64,000 nt of DNA from Gemmatimonadota bacterium (GCA_038128265.1 JAYPJE010000018.1:1-64000); one strand, 5' to 3'; shown: positions 43,246-53,885, numbered from the stretch's first letter. Numbers and translations: made by a program. Notes: generated by a model from the sequence alone, not told the origin.

Positions 43246-45081
43246 TCAATAAACGACGTTTACCAGTCCATAGCGGGCCGTTTTTTTTGCATCGGCATCA
43301 ATCTCCAACTGGTAGAAGTAGGTGCCCGGAGCGACGCGCGCACCAGAGGCATCGCGACCGTCCCAAACGCGTAGATACGAGCCGCTGGGATCGTTCGATG
43401 TATAGCCTCGGCGCAGCAGGCGCCCGCTCAGGTCGTAAATCCCAAACGCGATGTCGGCAGGCTGCGTCAGGCGCAGCACGTTGTAGGTAAGCACCAAATA
43501 GTCGTTGCTGCCATCGCCGTTGGGCGTGAAGAGCGCGCTGCGCAGCCGGGGGTCGTCCAATAGTTTCTCGCGATGCGAAGCCAAACGCACGCGCAACGTG
43601 CCGCCCGGCGTGCGCGGGTCTACGTCGGCGGCCGCCGCCGACTGATAGGCATCTTCATCGCCGGCTCCCGTTGGACGACGGTCGCGCGCACGCACGCGAA
43701 AGTCCGTTCCATCGACAAAAACGCGCGCGCGAAAAAATATCTGCACAAACGAGCCTTGCGGATTGATGCGCTCGCCAAATCGCAGCGAAAAGCCACCGCT
43801 CTCCAAACGCTCAACGCTGTAGAATACCGGGCGATCCTGCACGTGGACGCTGTCGATGGCGACGACCTCGGCGCGCGTTTGCACCTCGACATAGCGAAAC
43901 CCCGAATCGACGCCACCCGTATCCTCGATGCGTCGCGCACGCAGGTCGATGGCAAAGGATGTTTCCTCACCGGGATAGACTGCACTCGGATTGATTTCAG
44001 CCGATAGCTCCTGGGCCAGGGGACGGCTGGTGTATTCGATGGCCACCTGCTCGATGCGCGTGCCGGGCTGTAGAACCTGCACGCGAAACTGAATAACGGC
44101 CTGAGGCGGCGACGATATCTGTCCGTCGTTGAGCGATTCCCATGCACTCCACAGCGGATTTTCGCGCGGTGGCGCTTGAATGCCGGGAATGGCTGTGGTC
44201 CAATCACTCTTGCTCACCAGCACCAGGTCGGCCCCTCGCTCGAGAAAGTACTGAACCGGTGCCAGGTCGGGTCCACTTCGCGTTTGCACGATGATCGGCA
44301 ACGCGTCAGGCGACTGGCCGTTTACCAATAGGCGCCCCCATACCGGCCGGGCATTGCGCACCTCCAGGGGCACCGACAGGTACTCGCCGGGCGGAGCCGA
44401 GCCATCGGCGACAATCTCAATTTCCGCCACTTCCCAGTCGCGCTCGCTGAGCGTGCGAAGCCGCACGTGGCGCATTGGCCTCGGATCGTGCGGCTCGTTG
44501 GGATGCGGCCAAAGCACGATGCTCTGATCGTTCGGTGCGTTAATATGGGCGTTGATTAGCGTGGGGCTACCGCAGCACACATCGAATATATCGGTGGCAA
44601 TTTCCGCCGGATCAAGGGCGTCGGATCCGAGCTGAAATGCCTGCAAATAGCGGTTGCGGTGGCCGGCATCGAGGCGGGGGAAAAAGCGGATTTGCTCGAC
44701 GCCATAATGGGCCCCTAGGTCGATGTAGACATCCATCTGGCGCTGGGCACCGTCGGCGTCCGGGTCAAACGCGGTGCCGGCATCGCCGTCGATCATGCGC
44801 CCGATGCTCGGCGTGCGCAGTAGGGCCGGATAGAGGCCGCCCACTGCGTCGGCTTTTTCAGCAATGGCAAAGATGCGACCTCCGCGCTCTAGGATGCTTG
44901 GCGCGATATTTTCACCGCGCACAGCCTGCCAGATCCACAGGGAATCATCGGCTACAGAAAGGCGGTTGGATTCCTCGCGCACCTGCGCAAAAGAGAGCCC
45001 AGCGCGGCCAATAACCAGCGATTCAACGGCCAAGAGCACAGTCGGCGCCAAGAGCGCACAGCACAGGACGAGCGATCTCAT
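43246..45081 (-). CDS. Cassette B gene 6: secreted discoidin-like protein with FlgD-Ig/CHU_C-like CTD
   Basis: Signal peptide, 'MIDGDAGTAF..YIDLG..IRFFPRLD', 'FTPNGDGSND...WDGRD..G..VAPGTYFY', ends in Y. Confidence 0.8.
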   Translation of the reverse strand: MRSLVLCCALLAPTVLLAVESLVIGRAGLSFAQVREESNRLSVADDSLWIWQAVRGENIAPSILERGGRIFAIAEKADAVGGLYPALLRTPSIGRMIDGDAGTAFDPDADGAQRQMDVYIDLGAHYGVEQIRFFPRLDAGHRNRYLQAFQLGSDALDPAEIATDIFDVCCGSPTLINAHINAPNDQSIVLWPHPNEPHDPRPMRHVRLRTLSERDWEVAEIEIVADGSAPPGEYLSVPLEVRNARPVWGRLLVNGQSPDALPIIVQTRSGPDLAPVQYFLERGADLVLVSKSDWTTAIPGIQAPPRENPLWSAWESLNDGQISSPPQAVIQFRVQVLQPGTRIEQVAIEYTSRPLAQELSAEINPSAVYPGEETSFAIDLRARRIEDTGGVDSGFRYVEVQTRAEVVAIDSVHVQDRPVFYSVERLESGGFSLRFGERINPQGSFVQIFFRARVFVDGTDFRVRARDRRPTGAGDEDAYQSAAAADVDPRTPGGTLRVRLASHREKLLDDPRLRSALFTPNGDGSNDYLVLTYNVLRLTQPADIAFGIYDLSGRLLRRGYTSNDPSGSYLRVWDGRDASGARVAPGTYFYQLEIDADAKKTARYGLVNVVY

Positions 45082-46496
45082 CGTATGCCGATAACGGAAA
45101 TGCCGCGCGCGCGCAGCGCCGGAATGTGCTCTTCAATGGACGCTCTGCTCAGCGGGTTATTCCCCAGTGAAACAATCTTCAAGTTTTCCAGCGCCAACAG
45201 CGGTGCTACGTCGACAATGCGATTAGAGGCCATGCGCACGTCTTCGAGCGAAACCATGCGCGAAAGCGGCGCAATATCAACAATATCATTGGACGCAATA
45301 TTGAGATTGGTGATGCCGCGTAGCGACGTCAGCGCCGAGATATCTTCGATGACATTGCTGGCTAAATCAAGCCGCTGCAAGCGCAGCAGGCGGCGCACCT
45401 GGTGAATCTCGCGAATTTGGTTACCGGTCAGTATGAGTTCGCGCAGCTCGAGCTGGTTGCCCAAACCGTTGAGCGTGGTCAGCTGACCTATGCTGACGCG
45501 CAGCGAGGTGAGGCGGCGCAGTTCGCGCAGAGGCCGCAGGTCGATAATCGGCGTGCTGATCACATTGAGCACTCGCAGATTATCCAGCTCGGCGAGCGGC
45601 CCTAAATCATTGAGCAGCGCGCGACGGCCGCGAATAAACAGCGCTTCGATATTGCGCAGATGTTCAATACCGCCGAGCGTTTCGATCGCACCGGTAACGA
45701 CGAGCTCGCGCACGCGCAGAAAGTCGTCCTCTTCAAGAGGGCCCAGCGGTTTGTCGAGCTCTGTGCGTATGCTCGTCTCGACGTGTTCGCTGCTGATGGT
45801 CAATGCCTCGGCGTAGTACGTCACTTCGACGCCGCGCTGGCGCAGTGCACTCAGCGTCGAACGCTCCAACGGATTGCCCGATAGTTCGACGCGGCGCAGC
45901 AGCGGTAGGCTGGTCAGCGGAGCGATATCGCGCACCATATTGTTGTCAAAGTTGAGCTGGCGCAGACGACGCAGAACGCGCAGCGGCGCTAAGTCAGATA
46001 CGGCGTTGTCGTCAAAGTCCAGTGCTTCTAGGTTGGTCAACGAGGCCAGCGGTGCCAGATCAGTCACGGCATTGTCGGCCAACACCAGCACGCGCAGGGA
46101 CCGCAGCGGCATTAAGTAGTCGAGCGAATCGAGGCTATTGCTCGCCAAATCGAGCGTGTCGAGCACCGCCAGGGCGGCGAGCGGTGCCAGCGCACTGCTG
46201 CTCAACTTGTTGCCGGCCAAATGCAGGCGGCGCAGATTCGACAGGCGCTCAATTCCTTCGAGCCGTGCAATGTGCCGCTGCGATAGATCGAGTCGGTAGA
46301 TCGACTGCAAATCGGCTTCGGCAAGCGCACCGCGTTCCCGAGACAGCGCTTGGCGCACCGCGCGTTCAAGCGCCCCATCGGCAAATGCCGTATGGTCAAA
46401 GAGCACGCTGTCATCCGGGTCGGGCTGCAGCGGCATTTCGCGCGCAGTGCACGCCGTTAGGACAAGAGCGCATAGCAGTAGTAGACGTTTTTTCAT
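45078..46496 (-). CDS. Cassette B gene 5: internalin-like LRR lipoprotein
   Basis: Start moved to ATG 46496 (MKKRLLLLCALVLTAC, lipobox). 'FDHTAFADGALERAVR' cap, about 16 LRRs in two blocks. Confidence 0.9.
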   Translation of the reverse strand: MKKRLLLLCALVLTACTAREMPLQPDPDDSVLFDHTAFADGALERAVRQALSRERGALAEADLQSIYRLDLSQRHIARLEGIERLSNLRRLHLAGNKLSSSALAPLAALAVLDTLDLASNSLDSLDYLMPLRSLRVLVLADNAVTDLAPLASLTNLEALDFDDNAVSDLAPLRVLRRLRQLNFDNNMVRDIAPLTSLPLLRRVELSGNPLERSTLSALRQRGVEVTYYAEALTISSEHVETSIRTELDKPLGPLEEDDFLRVRELVVTGAIETLGGIEHLRNIEALFIRGRRALLNDLGPLAELDNLRVLNVISTPIIDLRPLRELRRLTSLRVSIGQLTTLNGLGNQLELRELILTGNQIREIHQVRRLLRLQRLDLASNVIEDISALTSLRGITNLNIASNDIVDIAPLSRMVSLEDVRMASNRIVDVAPLLALENLKIVSLGNNPLSRASIEEHIPALRARGISVIGIR

Positions 46497-46509
46497 GCGC
46501 GCCGCCGCG

Positions 46510-49227
46510 CTAGCGTTCGACCCCAGCATAGACCGTAATAAAACCGCGCGTAGACGTGCGCGGTCCTTCAATCTCGAAATCCTGACGGCTAATAGAAAAG
46601 CCCAGTACGGTCGTCAGCCGATAGCCCTGATAGTCCGACACATCGGTCATTTGCAGCAGCGCCGTTAGCTCGGTAAAGCTATCGTCGGCACGCGGCGGCG
46701 TCGGATCCTGCAGCTGAAAAAATTGGTGGTATTCTAGCCCGGCTTCTAAATAGGTGGTGTACATCACGGGGAGACGGGCAATCACCATACCGATTTCGCT
46801 CAGCTCGCGCCGCGTTGCCTCCGTTGCATTAAACGAGGAGTAGCGCAGAAACTCGCTTTTCCATGCCGGAATCAGTGAAAAGGGGCCGGCGCTAATGCGA
46901 TATTCGGCCTTGTTGACGACGCCGAGAAATGAGGTCTGATCGCTCATGTCGCGCAGGTCGAGCTGCTTGGCGCTGTCGAGTTGGTGGTAGAGCTGCCAGC
47001 GCAGCATGTTCTTCATCTTGAGACCGGGGGTTGGTTCAAAGTCTATACCGATCCACGAAGTATTCACCAGCGTATTGCGCGCTGGAAGCGGATCGCGCAC
47101 CGGGCGCAGTTCGCCGCGCGAATTGGGCGGCTGCACCCACTGGATCAAGTCGTCGCGAATGGTGTCTTTGACTTTGCGCGCGTCTTGAAAGACGCGTAGT
47201 CGTCCCCAGGAAAACGCGTGGGCGCCGTTGAGCATAAAGTAGGTCGCCAGGTTGCGCCGCTTGTCGGATATCTGCGCAATCCGCTGTTGGCCAACGGTCG
47301 TGCGCCAGTTGGGGTGTACATAGCGTCCCAGATAAATATTGTATCCTTCTTGATCGCGCCGGTACGGCAGATCAGCCAGTTCGTCGTTTTCAAAGCGATC
47401 AATGGTGCCGTTGTGGTTCATATCAACGCCGTAGAGAAACTCCGGACGCTCGGTGTGGAAGCGCAGAAAAGGCTCTTCGTAGTCAGGTACGCGGTTGGGA
47501 CTATCGTTGTTGTCGTTTTGATTGAAATCCGAAATAAAGTCGTTGTTTTCATCCCAGCCGGGAAAGATGCTGATATCGCCGCTGGTGAAGCCGCGTCGAC
47601 GCCAGTCGGGATCGCGGTCCTGGTCATCGTTATCGTCGACGTATTCGTAGAGTTTAAGGTCGTCGGCATAGTCGACAATGCCCGTTTCCTGCACCGTGCG
47701 AAACGAAGTGGCATAGTCTGGATCGGTGTGAAAAAACTCACCGTAGACAAAGTAGGGATGCGCCACGCGCGAGACGTTGGCCATCCACGCTAGCGCTTCA
47801 CGGCCGCTGGCATGGTGCTTTTCGAGGTTGGGATTGGGAAACTTGCCCCACTGGTTGTTGACATTTATTTCGAAATACCCGTCGAGACCCTCCAAGTCGG
47901 TGAGCTCTAAGGTGAAGCCGGCAATCTGGTTGGCCGTCGGCAGACCGTAATCAAAGACCAGCACGCGTTGGTTAGAAGAGTCCCTGACATTGCCATGTGC
48001 GTTGGCTACCGGCACGAAAACCTGGCGCAGAAAAATATCCGTCTGCAGATCTGAGCTCACTTCAATTGCATAGTCGTTGGCCACGACTAATTCCAGCTGT
48101 ATGCGCGCAATTTCCGCCGGATCGGGTCCGGAATAGGTGCGGTCGAGTAAGTCGTAGCGCAGAAGGATTTCTTCGCTGCCGTCGGCCGCCAAAAACCCCT
48201 TGCGCTGAAAGCCCCCCTCTATAACGGCTCGATAACCTATCTCCGAACCGCGCGTCTGATTGCCGTCCAGATCCCACAGCAAGATATCAGAGTCGAATAG
48301 AGCGCCGCCGCCTACGCCGTCTTCCGGCGAGTCGTCTTTGATTTTAATCTCGATAAAGCTGAGGTTTTCCAAGTTTTGCGAACCCGTCAGACTCCCTTTG
48401 AAAAAATTGCCCGACAGTGCGTCGTTTTGCGTCTGCGAGTGGTGCGAGTTGATAAACGTGCCACCCACTTTGACAAAATCACCGACCTGCACCTCGACGC
48501 GACCGCCGACCAAGTTGGTATTGTCGGTGCGCGCGGCGGCCGTAATCTGCCCGGGGCTGGTCTGCGCACCGTCCGGTTCGCTAATGCGCGAGAGCAGCAT
48601 GGTGCCCATATACTTGTCGGAGGCAAAGTCGAGCTGAATCCCGTTAAAGCGCGGCTTGGAAAAGGTCATCGGCGTCAGCGTCGTGCGAATCTGGTTGCCC
48701 ACTGTTATTGCATAGTGGTACTGCCCTTTGTGATCGGAGGCGATAACGACATTGTTAAACCACGAGCCAAAACGGCCGTCTTTGAACAGCGTAGAGCCAA
48801 AAGGCTGCGGGTTTTCCTGACGCCAGTCGAATATGAGCCAGCCGCGGTTGAGAAAATTGCCGAATAGATCGTAGAAGTAGAATCCCTCAATAGAGGTAGA
48901 CACATAGCGCTGATAGGTCTCGCGCGCATAGTTGGAGTACTCCCACTGCTTCCAACCGTACTCGGCGTAGAGCTCCTGCGGTATAAACCACTTGCGCACC
49001 GTTGGATCGAGGGCGTCAAAGAGCACGCCAGGGCCGGTGGGGTCAAACGAAACTTTGCCGCCGCGCTTAACGGTGCCCAGCCGGGAGCCATAGGTCTGCG
49101 CATGAACGCCCGCCGTTAGCGCCAGGAGGACCACCAGCACCAACCAGCGCGTAGCCCGGCCACACCAAACGGTTCGCACGGACGAGACGCCGCGCCGCCG
49201 GTGCACCATGTTGAACATTCGTATCAT
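46510..49227 (-). CDS. Cassette B gene 4: large exported Asp/Asn-rich putative beta-barrel protein (subfamily Y)
   Basis: Signal peptide ending GVHA|Q (exact start uncertain). Near-identical N-terminal block and Ca-loop region to 14374-17028. Confidence 0.7.
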   Translation of the reverse strand: MIRMFNMVHRRRGVSSVRTVWCGRATRWLVLVVLLALTAGVHAQTYGSRLGTVKRGGKVSFDPTGPGVLFDALDPTVRKWFIPQELYAEYGWKQWEYSNYARETYQRYVSTSIEGFYFYDLFGNFLNRGWLIFDWRQENPQPFGSTLFKDGRFGSWFNNVVIASDHKGQYHYAITVGNQIRTTLTPMTFSKPRFNGIQLDFASDKYMGTMLLSRISEPDGAQTSPGQITAAARTDNTNLVGGRVEVQVGDFVKVGGTFINSHHSQTQNDALSGNFFKGSLTGSQNLENLSFIEIKIKDDSPEDGVGGGALFDSDILLWDLDGNQTRGSEIGYRAVIEGGFQRKGFLAADGSEEILLRYDLLDRTYSGPDPAEIARIQLELVVANDYAIEVSSDLQTDIFLRQVFVPVANAHGNVRDSSNQRVLVFDYGLPTANQIAGFTLELTDLEGLDGYFEINVNNQWGKFPNPNLEKHHASGREALAWMANVSRVAHPYFVYGEFFHTDPDYATSFRTVQETGIVDYADDLKLYEYVDDNDDQDRDPDWRRRGFTSGDISIFPGWDENNDFISDFNQNDNNDSPNRVPDYEEPFLRFHTERPEFLYGVDMNHNGTIDRFENDELADLPYRRDQEGYNIYLGRYVHPNWRTTVGQQRIAQISDKRRNLATYFMLNGAHAFSWGRLRVFQDARKVKDTIRDDLIQWVQPPNSRGELRPVRDPLPARNTLVNTSWIGIDFEPTPGLKMKNMLRWQLYHQLDSAKQLDLRDMSDQTSFLGVVNKAEYRISAGPFSLIPAWKSEFLRYSSFNATEATRRELSEIGMVIARLPVMYTTYLEAGLEYHQFFQLQDPTPPRADDSFTELTALLQMTDVSDYQGYRLTTVLGFSISRQDFEIEGPRTSTRGFITVYAGVER

Positions 49228-49269
49228 TCTTCTACCTTGTCGAAAAGGGCTCTCGAACCGCAGGCCGCG

Positions 49270-51195
49270 CTAGTACGCTACGGCGATGCTGCCCGAGTGC
49301 ACTTCTTCAAATGCATCTGACTCGACGCGCAGCACCCATAAATAGGTGCCCGGTAAGAGCCGCTTTCCATCACCGGCTCGCCCATCCCAGGTGAATTCAA
49401 CGGGCCCAATGCCGAGTTCAGCGGCAAAGGCGGTATGCACGCGCCGCCCTGCCAGGTCGTATACCTCAAAGACTACCGGAGCGGGCTCCGTTATTTGCAA
49501 CACATTGAAAAAGACATTCAACTCGTCGTTGATGCCATCGTCGTTAGGCGTTAAAAAGCGCGTATTGGCAACGATTTCACCAACCAGCTTACCGATCTGT
49601 GGCTTGGGAATGGAGACGGCCAATCCCGATAGCGCATCGTCGTCTCCCGGACCAAAATTGACGGCGTTGCCGCTGACGACGGCCTGCGGCACGCCCACCG
49701 CCGCGCTGTTAAAGGCGCGGCTGCTAAACGTCGTGCCAAAGCGGAAAATCGGCAGATCAAACGTCAGCTCTAGCAGCGCCTGATCCTGGGTTACCAGCGG
49801 GAAGGAAATGCCGAAACTCTCCTCGTTAGCAAAGTCGACGGCGTATTCAATCGGCTCGCCGTTGAGCTTTACTTCGCGCACGTCAGTCGTAGCGACGTTG
49901 GTATCGACGATGAGGCGGTCAAAGCCGTATATAGGCAGCAGGTTGCCCTCGCCATCGCTGGCGCGTTCCAGGCGCAGAGCATAGCGAAAAGTAGCCGGCT
50001 CTTCGGCCTGCGTCAGACGCGGGAACACTTCGCCGACAATGCGATCGGCCAGCGGCGGGCTGAGATAGTCAAATTCGAATTGGTCTAATTCACGCGTGCG
50101 GAACAGTTCGCCCGTAAACTCGAACTGGAACTGCACGTAGCGGCGCGGCGACGGCGCGGTAATCAATTCGCCGCTGTCAACCGGTCGCCAGGTGCTCCAG
50201 TTGACGTCGTCTTCGCTAATCGGACCGCGATCGAGCGGGTCGAGCGCAAAAAAGGCGTCTGGGCCAATGTCGACGAGCGTGCGCGTAGGATTGCCCGCCG
50301 CATCCGTGCCGCGCTCAACCCGGTTGTAGCGCAGCGGCGTGGGGTCGGTCCCCGTGCGCACGCGCGCGCTGAGCGAAGAAAACTCCGCTTCGCCAACGGC
50401 TTCCTCCAGCCAGCGCACCGGACCAATGGTGGCGCGCTGGCGGAGATCGATGATGTCCGTCAGGTAGGTCGCGCGCTGCAAATAGCCCGTGCCGTATACT
50501 TCGATTTCGTCGATCTCGAACGGCACGTTGGCCAGCGACTTGAGTCGCAGCACGCGCACGTACTGCGGCGGCACGGCGATGTCGACGATGGGCTCTTCGT
50601 TTTCAACGTCGCGCTCGACGAGTATATCGGGCGAGGCCAGGCTAGGGCGCTCGGGGTTAACCCACAGCTCAAAGGCGCGTAGAAAATCGTTTTGGTAGGG
50701 ATGCGTCGGCGTCGGCACAACGGTGTTGCGCGGATAAAAGCGCACGCGCTGCACGCCGATGGCCGTGCCGAAGTCGAGAATGACGCGGACGTTGCGCGCG
50801 TTGACTTCTGGCTCAAACGCCGTCGGTTTGCGCGTAAAAGCTACCGTTGGGCTGCCGTTTACCGTGCCGCGTAGCTCGGCCTCAAAACCGCGTCCCACGT
50901 CGGGCGACGTAATCGACGCGCCGGGCAGCAACACGCGCGCTGCGACGTTTTCGCCCTCTTCGAAAAAGAGCGGACTGATCCAGCCCGGGCGCCGATCAAA
51001 CTCGATCGAATCGTCCGGCGAGTTCGTGGTATCGATCGCCGCGCCGTTGCGCACCTTGGGATCAATACCGCTACCGCCCGTGCGCCAAGGCGTAGAAGGC
51101 GAACCGATAATAAACGTGCGCGCGCGCTGCGCATGGGCGCCCTCTACGGCAAGCAGCAAAATAACCAGAGCGCATAGCTCACACAGTCGCCGCAT
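49270..51195 (-). CDS. Cassette B gene 3: secreted discoidin-like protein with FlgD-Ig/CHU_C-like CTD
   Basis: Start moved to ATG 51195 (TGATG overlap; MRRLCELCALVILLLAVEGAHA|Q). 'VRFYPRNTV', 'EIEVYGTGY', 'LTPNDDGIND...WDG...PGTY'. Confidence 0.8.
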   Translation of the reverse strand: MRRLCELCALVILLLAVEGAHAQRARTFIIGSPSTPWRTGGSGIDPKVRNGAAIDTTNSPDDSIEFDRRPGWISPLFFEEGENVAARVLLPGASITSPDVGRGFEAELRGTVNGSPTVAFTRKPTAFEPEVNARNVRVILDFGTAIGVQRVRFYPRNTVVPTPTHPYQNDFLRAFELWVNPERPSLASPDILVERDVENEEPIVDIAVPPQYVRVLRLKSLANVPFEIDEIEVYGTGYLQRATYLTDIIDLRQRATIGPVRWLEEAVGEAEFSSLSARVRTGTDPTPLRYNRVERGTDAAGNPTRTLVDIGPDAFFALDPLDRGPISEDDVNWSTWRPVDSGELITAPSPRRYVQFQFEFTGELFRTRELDQFEFDYLSPPLADRIVGEVFPRLTQAEEPATFRYALRLERASDGEGNLLPIYGFDRLIVDTNVATTDVREVKLNGEPIEYAVDFANEESFGISFPLVTQDQALLELTFDLPIFRFGTTFSSRAFNSAAVGVPQAVVSGNAVNFGPGDDDALSGLAVSIPKPQIGKLVGEIVANTRFLTPNDDGINDELNVFFNVLQITEPAPVVFEVYDLAGRRVHTAFAAELGIGPVEFTWDGRAGDGKRLLPGTYLWVLRVESDAFEEVHSGSIAVAY

Positions 51196-53885
51196 CACTC
51201 GCCTAACCCCGCGTTGATAGATAGAAAGAGCATGCTGGCACGCTCCGTCGGACGCTCGGCAAAATTCTGCCGCTCGACCTGCACACCCAGGCGCGTGACG
51301 AGCTGGTAGCCCTGATAGGCCACGCGGTTGGTCAGCTGGGTGAGCAGCGTCCAGGAGCGAAAATTTTCGGCAATCTCCTCGCGCGCCCCGTCGAGCATCC
51401 AAAACCAGGAGCGCTCCAGGCCAATTTGCAGTTGGCTATCGAAGAGCTGCCGTCCGTAGCGAGGGAAGTAAGATACCCCTGCCGACTCGGCAAAGAGCGG
51501 CTGGGTCCACAGCAGAAAAAGCGTCTCCTCAAGACTTTCGGCTCGCCCCAAGCGCGTCGTAAACGGGCGATCGCGGCGGTACTCGCTCTTCCAGCGCGGC
51601 TCGAAGACAGCCAGACCGACGGGCATGCTCCACTCGATCTTGCTGATGGAACCCAAGAAGCCGCTGCGCTGACGAGCGGGAAAGCCAAAGAGGTCGGTCG
51701 TCTCGCTGGCGCGCTGGTGCACCTCCTCCCACTTAACGCGGTGCAGCAGGCGGATATCGGGCCCCACGCGCTGGTCCAAGTCGGCGTAGATCGTGCCCTT
51801 CCAAGCGTCTTTAAAGGGAAGCTGGTCGAGCGTCTCCCGCATGCGGCCAGGTGATCCCATCGGCTGAAACCACATCCATAAATCGTCGGATATATTGTCC
51901 TCGACCGAAGCGCCGTGGGCGAATACCCGCAGCGCACTGCCGCCTCTAAAACGATAGCGCCACCCCAGCAGCCCGTACCACGACTGCGTGCGTCCGTCGC
52001 CGGAAATCAGACGCATATCCTGGCGCCCGAGCGTGAGCGAAAAGCCGGGGCCGATATTCGCTTTGGCATGCGCGTTAAAGCCGCGGTGATCGCCCTTGTA
52101 GGGATAGTCGGGCAGATCGTCGTTTTCAAAGCGATCGATCGTGCCGTTGTAGTTCATATCCAGACCAAAGAGAAATTCCGGGCGATCAGAGCGAAAGCGC
52201 AGAAACGGCTCCTCGTAGTCGGGGAAAGAGTTGCTGTTCTGGTTGTGGTCATTGATGAAGTCGCCGTTTTCGTCGAATCCTGGCCAGGCGACATCGTTCC
52301 AACTGCGCGAGCGCACGATATTGCCCGCGCTGCGCTCCAAGTCGGGTCGCTGCCATTCAGGCAGTGCGTTGTAGTCGTCGTCGTCGTCGACAAATTCCAT
52401 GATCTGTGGAATGGGGTCTTTGTAGCGAATGCGTCCTTCTTTATCGACTAGCCAGTAGTTCGTGGTGTACTCGTCCTCAATGCGAAACCCCTCGAAAAAG
52501 AGCGCCCACGGATAGGCGTTCCAATCGGCCTGCACGTAGGATGCCGTGCCGCTCAAGTCGTGCCGATAGTGCGTTTTTTCCACCGAGTTGGGGTAGGAAA
52601 AAAAACGTCGGTTGAGCACGGCCTCACCGCGCACCGACAGGCCGTGCCAATTGCTCAGCTCCCAGTTGGCACCGAGTAATTCGTTGGCCGTTGGCAGGCC
52701 GTAGTCGACCTGAATAAATCCGGTATTGCTGTTATCCTGCACGTTACCGCGCGCGCGCCGCACGGGTAAAAAGATAATCTCCGGATTAAAGCGCTCGCCG
52801 TCCGTCTGCAGGTTAGAGGCCACTTCGATTCGGTAATCATTGGCGACGGACAGTTCAAACGTGGCGCGCGTAATATCGGCTGAGGTAATGTCTTCATAGC
52901 GAAAGCGCGCCAAATCGTACTCGAGCACGATATTTTCCGCATCGCGTGCGACGAGGCGTCCTCCTTCGTTGCCCCCACCTGAGATTTTGGGCAGCAACCC
53001 AACTTCGCGCCCGCGATAGACGTTGCCTTCGCGATCCTCGATGACGATTTCGTAATCGGCCAGCACGGCCGCCGCGTCGCCCTGCCCAGGCGAGTCGTCG
53101 CGCACGCGCACCCACAGTTTGTCGAGCGTGCGGTTTTGCTGCGTCGAGAGCGTGCCGCGCAGCGGGTTGCCCTCGTTGACCTCAAGCTCAGTCTGGGCAT
53201 TGTGGGCGTTGACGTAGCTAAAGCCCAGCGTGCTGAAGCTGCCCAACTGAATCTCAGCGTGACCGGCCAGCATCTGCGTCACGTCGGTGCGGTCTTCACC
53301 ATCGGGTGCCGAGGGGCGCGAAGCCAGCAGCGTCGCCATCAACACGTCGTTGGCGTAGTCCATGCGCACACCGTTAAAGCGCGGCTTATACAGCGTGAGT
53401 GGTGTAAAAAACGTGTAGATCTGATCGCCGATCATCAGGCGGTAGTTGCCGCCGTCGCGACGATCACCGGCCACGACCATCCGGCCAAAAAATCGCCGAT
53501 AGGCGTTGCCGCCAGTATCTTTGTCTATGCGGCTACCGCGCGGCAGCGGCTGCTCTTGGCTCCAATTGTAGACCAGCCAACCGCGTCCCAGATGCGTGCC
53601 AAAGGTATCGTAAAAATCCGCGCCTTCGAGCAGGTTGTTGACGTAACGCTCGTAGGGCTGAACAGCATAGCGCGTGTCGGACGCATACCAGGGCTGCATG
53701 TAGGTCTCGGGCAAGTGGCGCAATCCGTACCACCTGTGCAGCGCGGGGCGCGCGTAGTCTATTTCAAAGCGATTGCCGTAGGGATTAACCGTAGCCAAAC
53801 CCCAGTTGTGTGGATCTTCGAGGCGGCCCTGAGCCAACGCACAGACGGGCAATAGAAGCAGTAAAAGGGAGCGAGCGCTACGCAT
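51195..53885 (-). CDS. Cassette B gene 2: large exported Asp/Asn-rich putative beta-barrel protein (subfamily X)
   Basis: Start moved to ATG 53885 (TAATG overlap; MRSARSLLLLLLPVCALA|Q). 'VDDDDDYN', 'DENGDFINDHNQNSN', 'DMNYNGTIDR'. Paralog of 9702-12443. Confidence 0.7.
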   Translation of the reverse strand: MRSARSLLLLLLPVCALAQGRLEDPHNWGLATVNPYGNRFEIDYARPALHRWYGLRHLPETYMQPWYASDTRYAVQPYERYVNNLLEGADFYDTFGTHLGRGWLVYNWSQEQPLPRGSRIDKDTGGNAYRRFFGRMVVAGDRRDGGNYRLMIGDQIYTFFTPLTLYKPRFNGVRMDYANDVLMATLLASRPSAPDGEDRTDVTQMLAGHAEIQLGSFSTLGFSYVNAHNAQTELEVNEGNPLRGTLSTQQNRTLDKLWVRVRDDSPGQGDAAAVLADYEIVIEDREGNVYRGREVGLLPKISGGGNEGGRLVARDAENIVLEYDLARFRYEDITSADITRATFELSVANDYRIEVASNLQTDGERFNPEIIFLPVRRARGNVQDNSNTGFIQVDYGLPTANELLGANWELSNWHGLSVRGEAVLNRRFFSYPNSVEKTHYRHDLSGTASYVQADWNAYPWALFFEGFRIEDEYTTNYWLVDKEGRIRYKDPIPQIMEFVDDDDDYNALPEWQRPDLERSAGNIVRSRSWNDVAWPGFDENGDFINDHNQNSNSFPDYEEPFLRFRSDRPEFLFGLDMNYNGTIDRFENDDLPDYPYKGDHRGFNAHAKANIGPGFSLTLGRQDMRLISGDGRTQSWYGLLGWRYRFRGGSALRVFAHGASVEDNISDDLWMWFQPMGSPGRMRETLDQLPFKDAWKGTIYADLDQRVGPDIRLLHRVKWEEVHQRASETTDLFGFPARQRSGFLGSISKIEWSMPVGLAVFEPRWKSEYRRDRPFTTRLGRAESLEETLFLLWTQPLFAESAGVSYFPRYGRQLFDSQLQIGLERSWFWMLDGAREEIAENFRSWTLLTQLTNRVAYQGYQLVTRLGVQVERQNFAERPTERASMLFLSINAGLGE

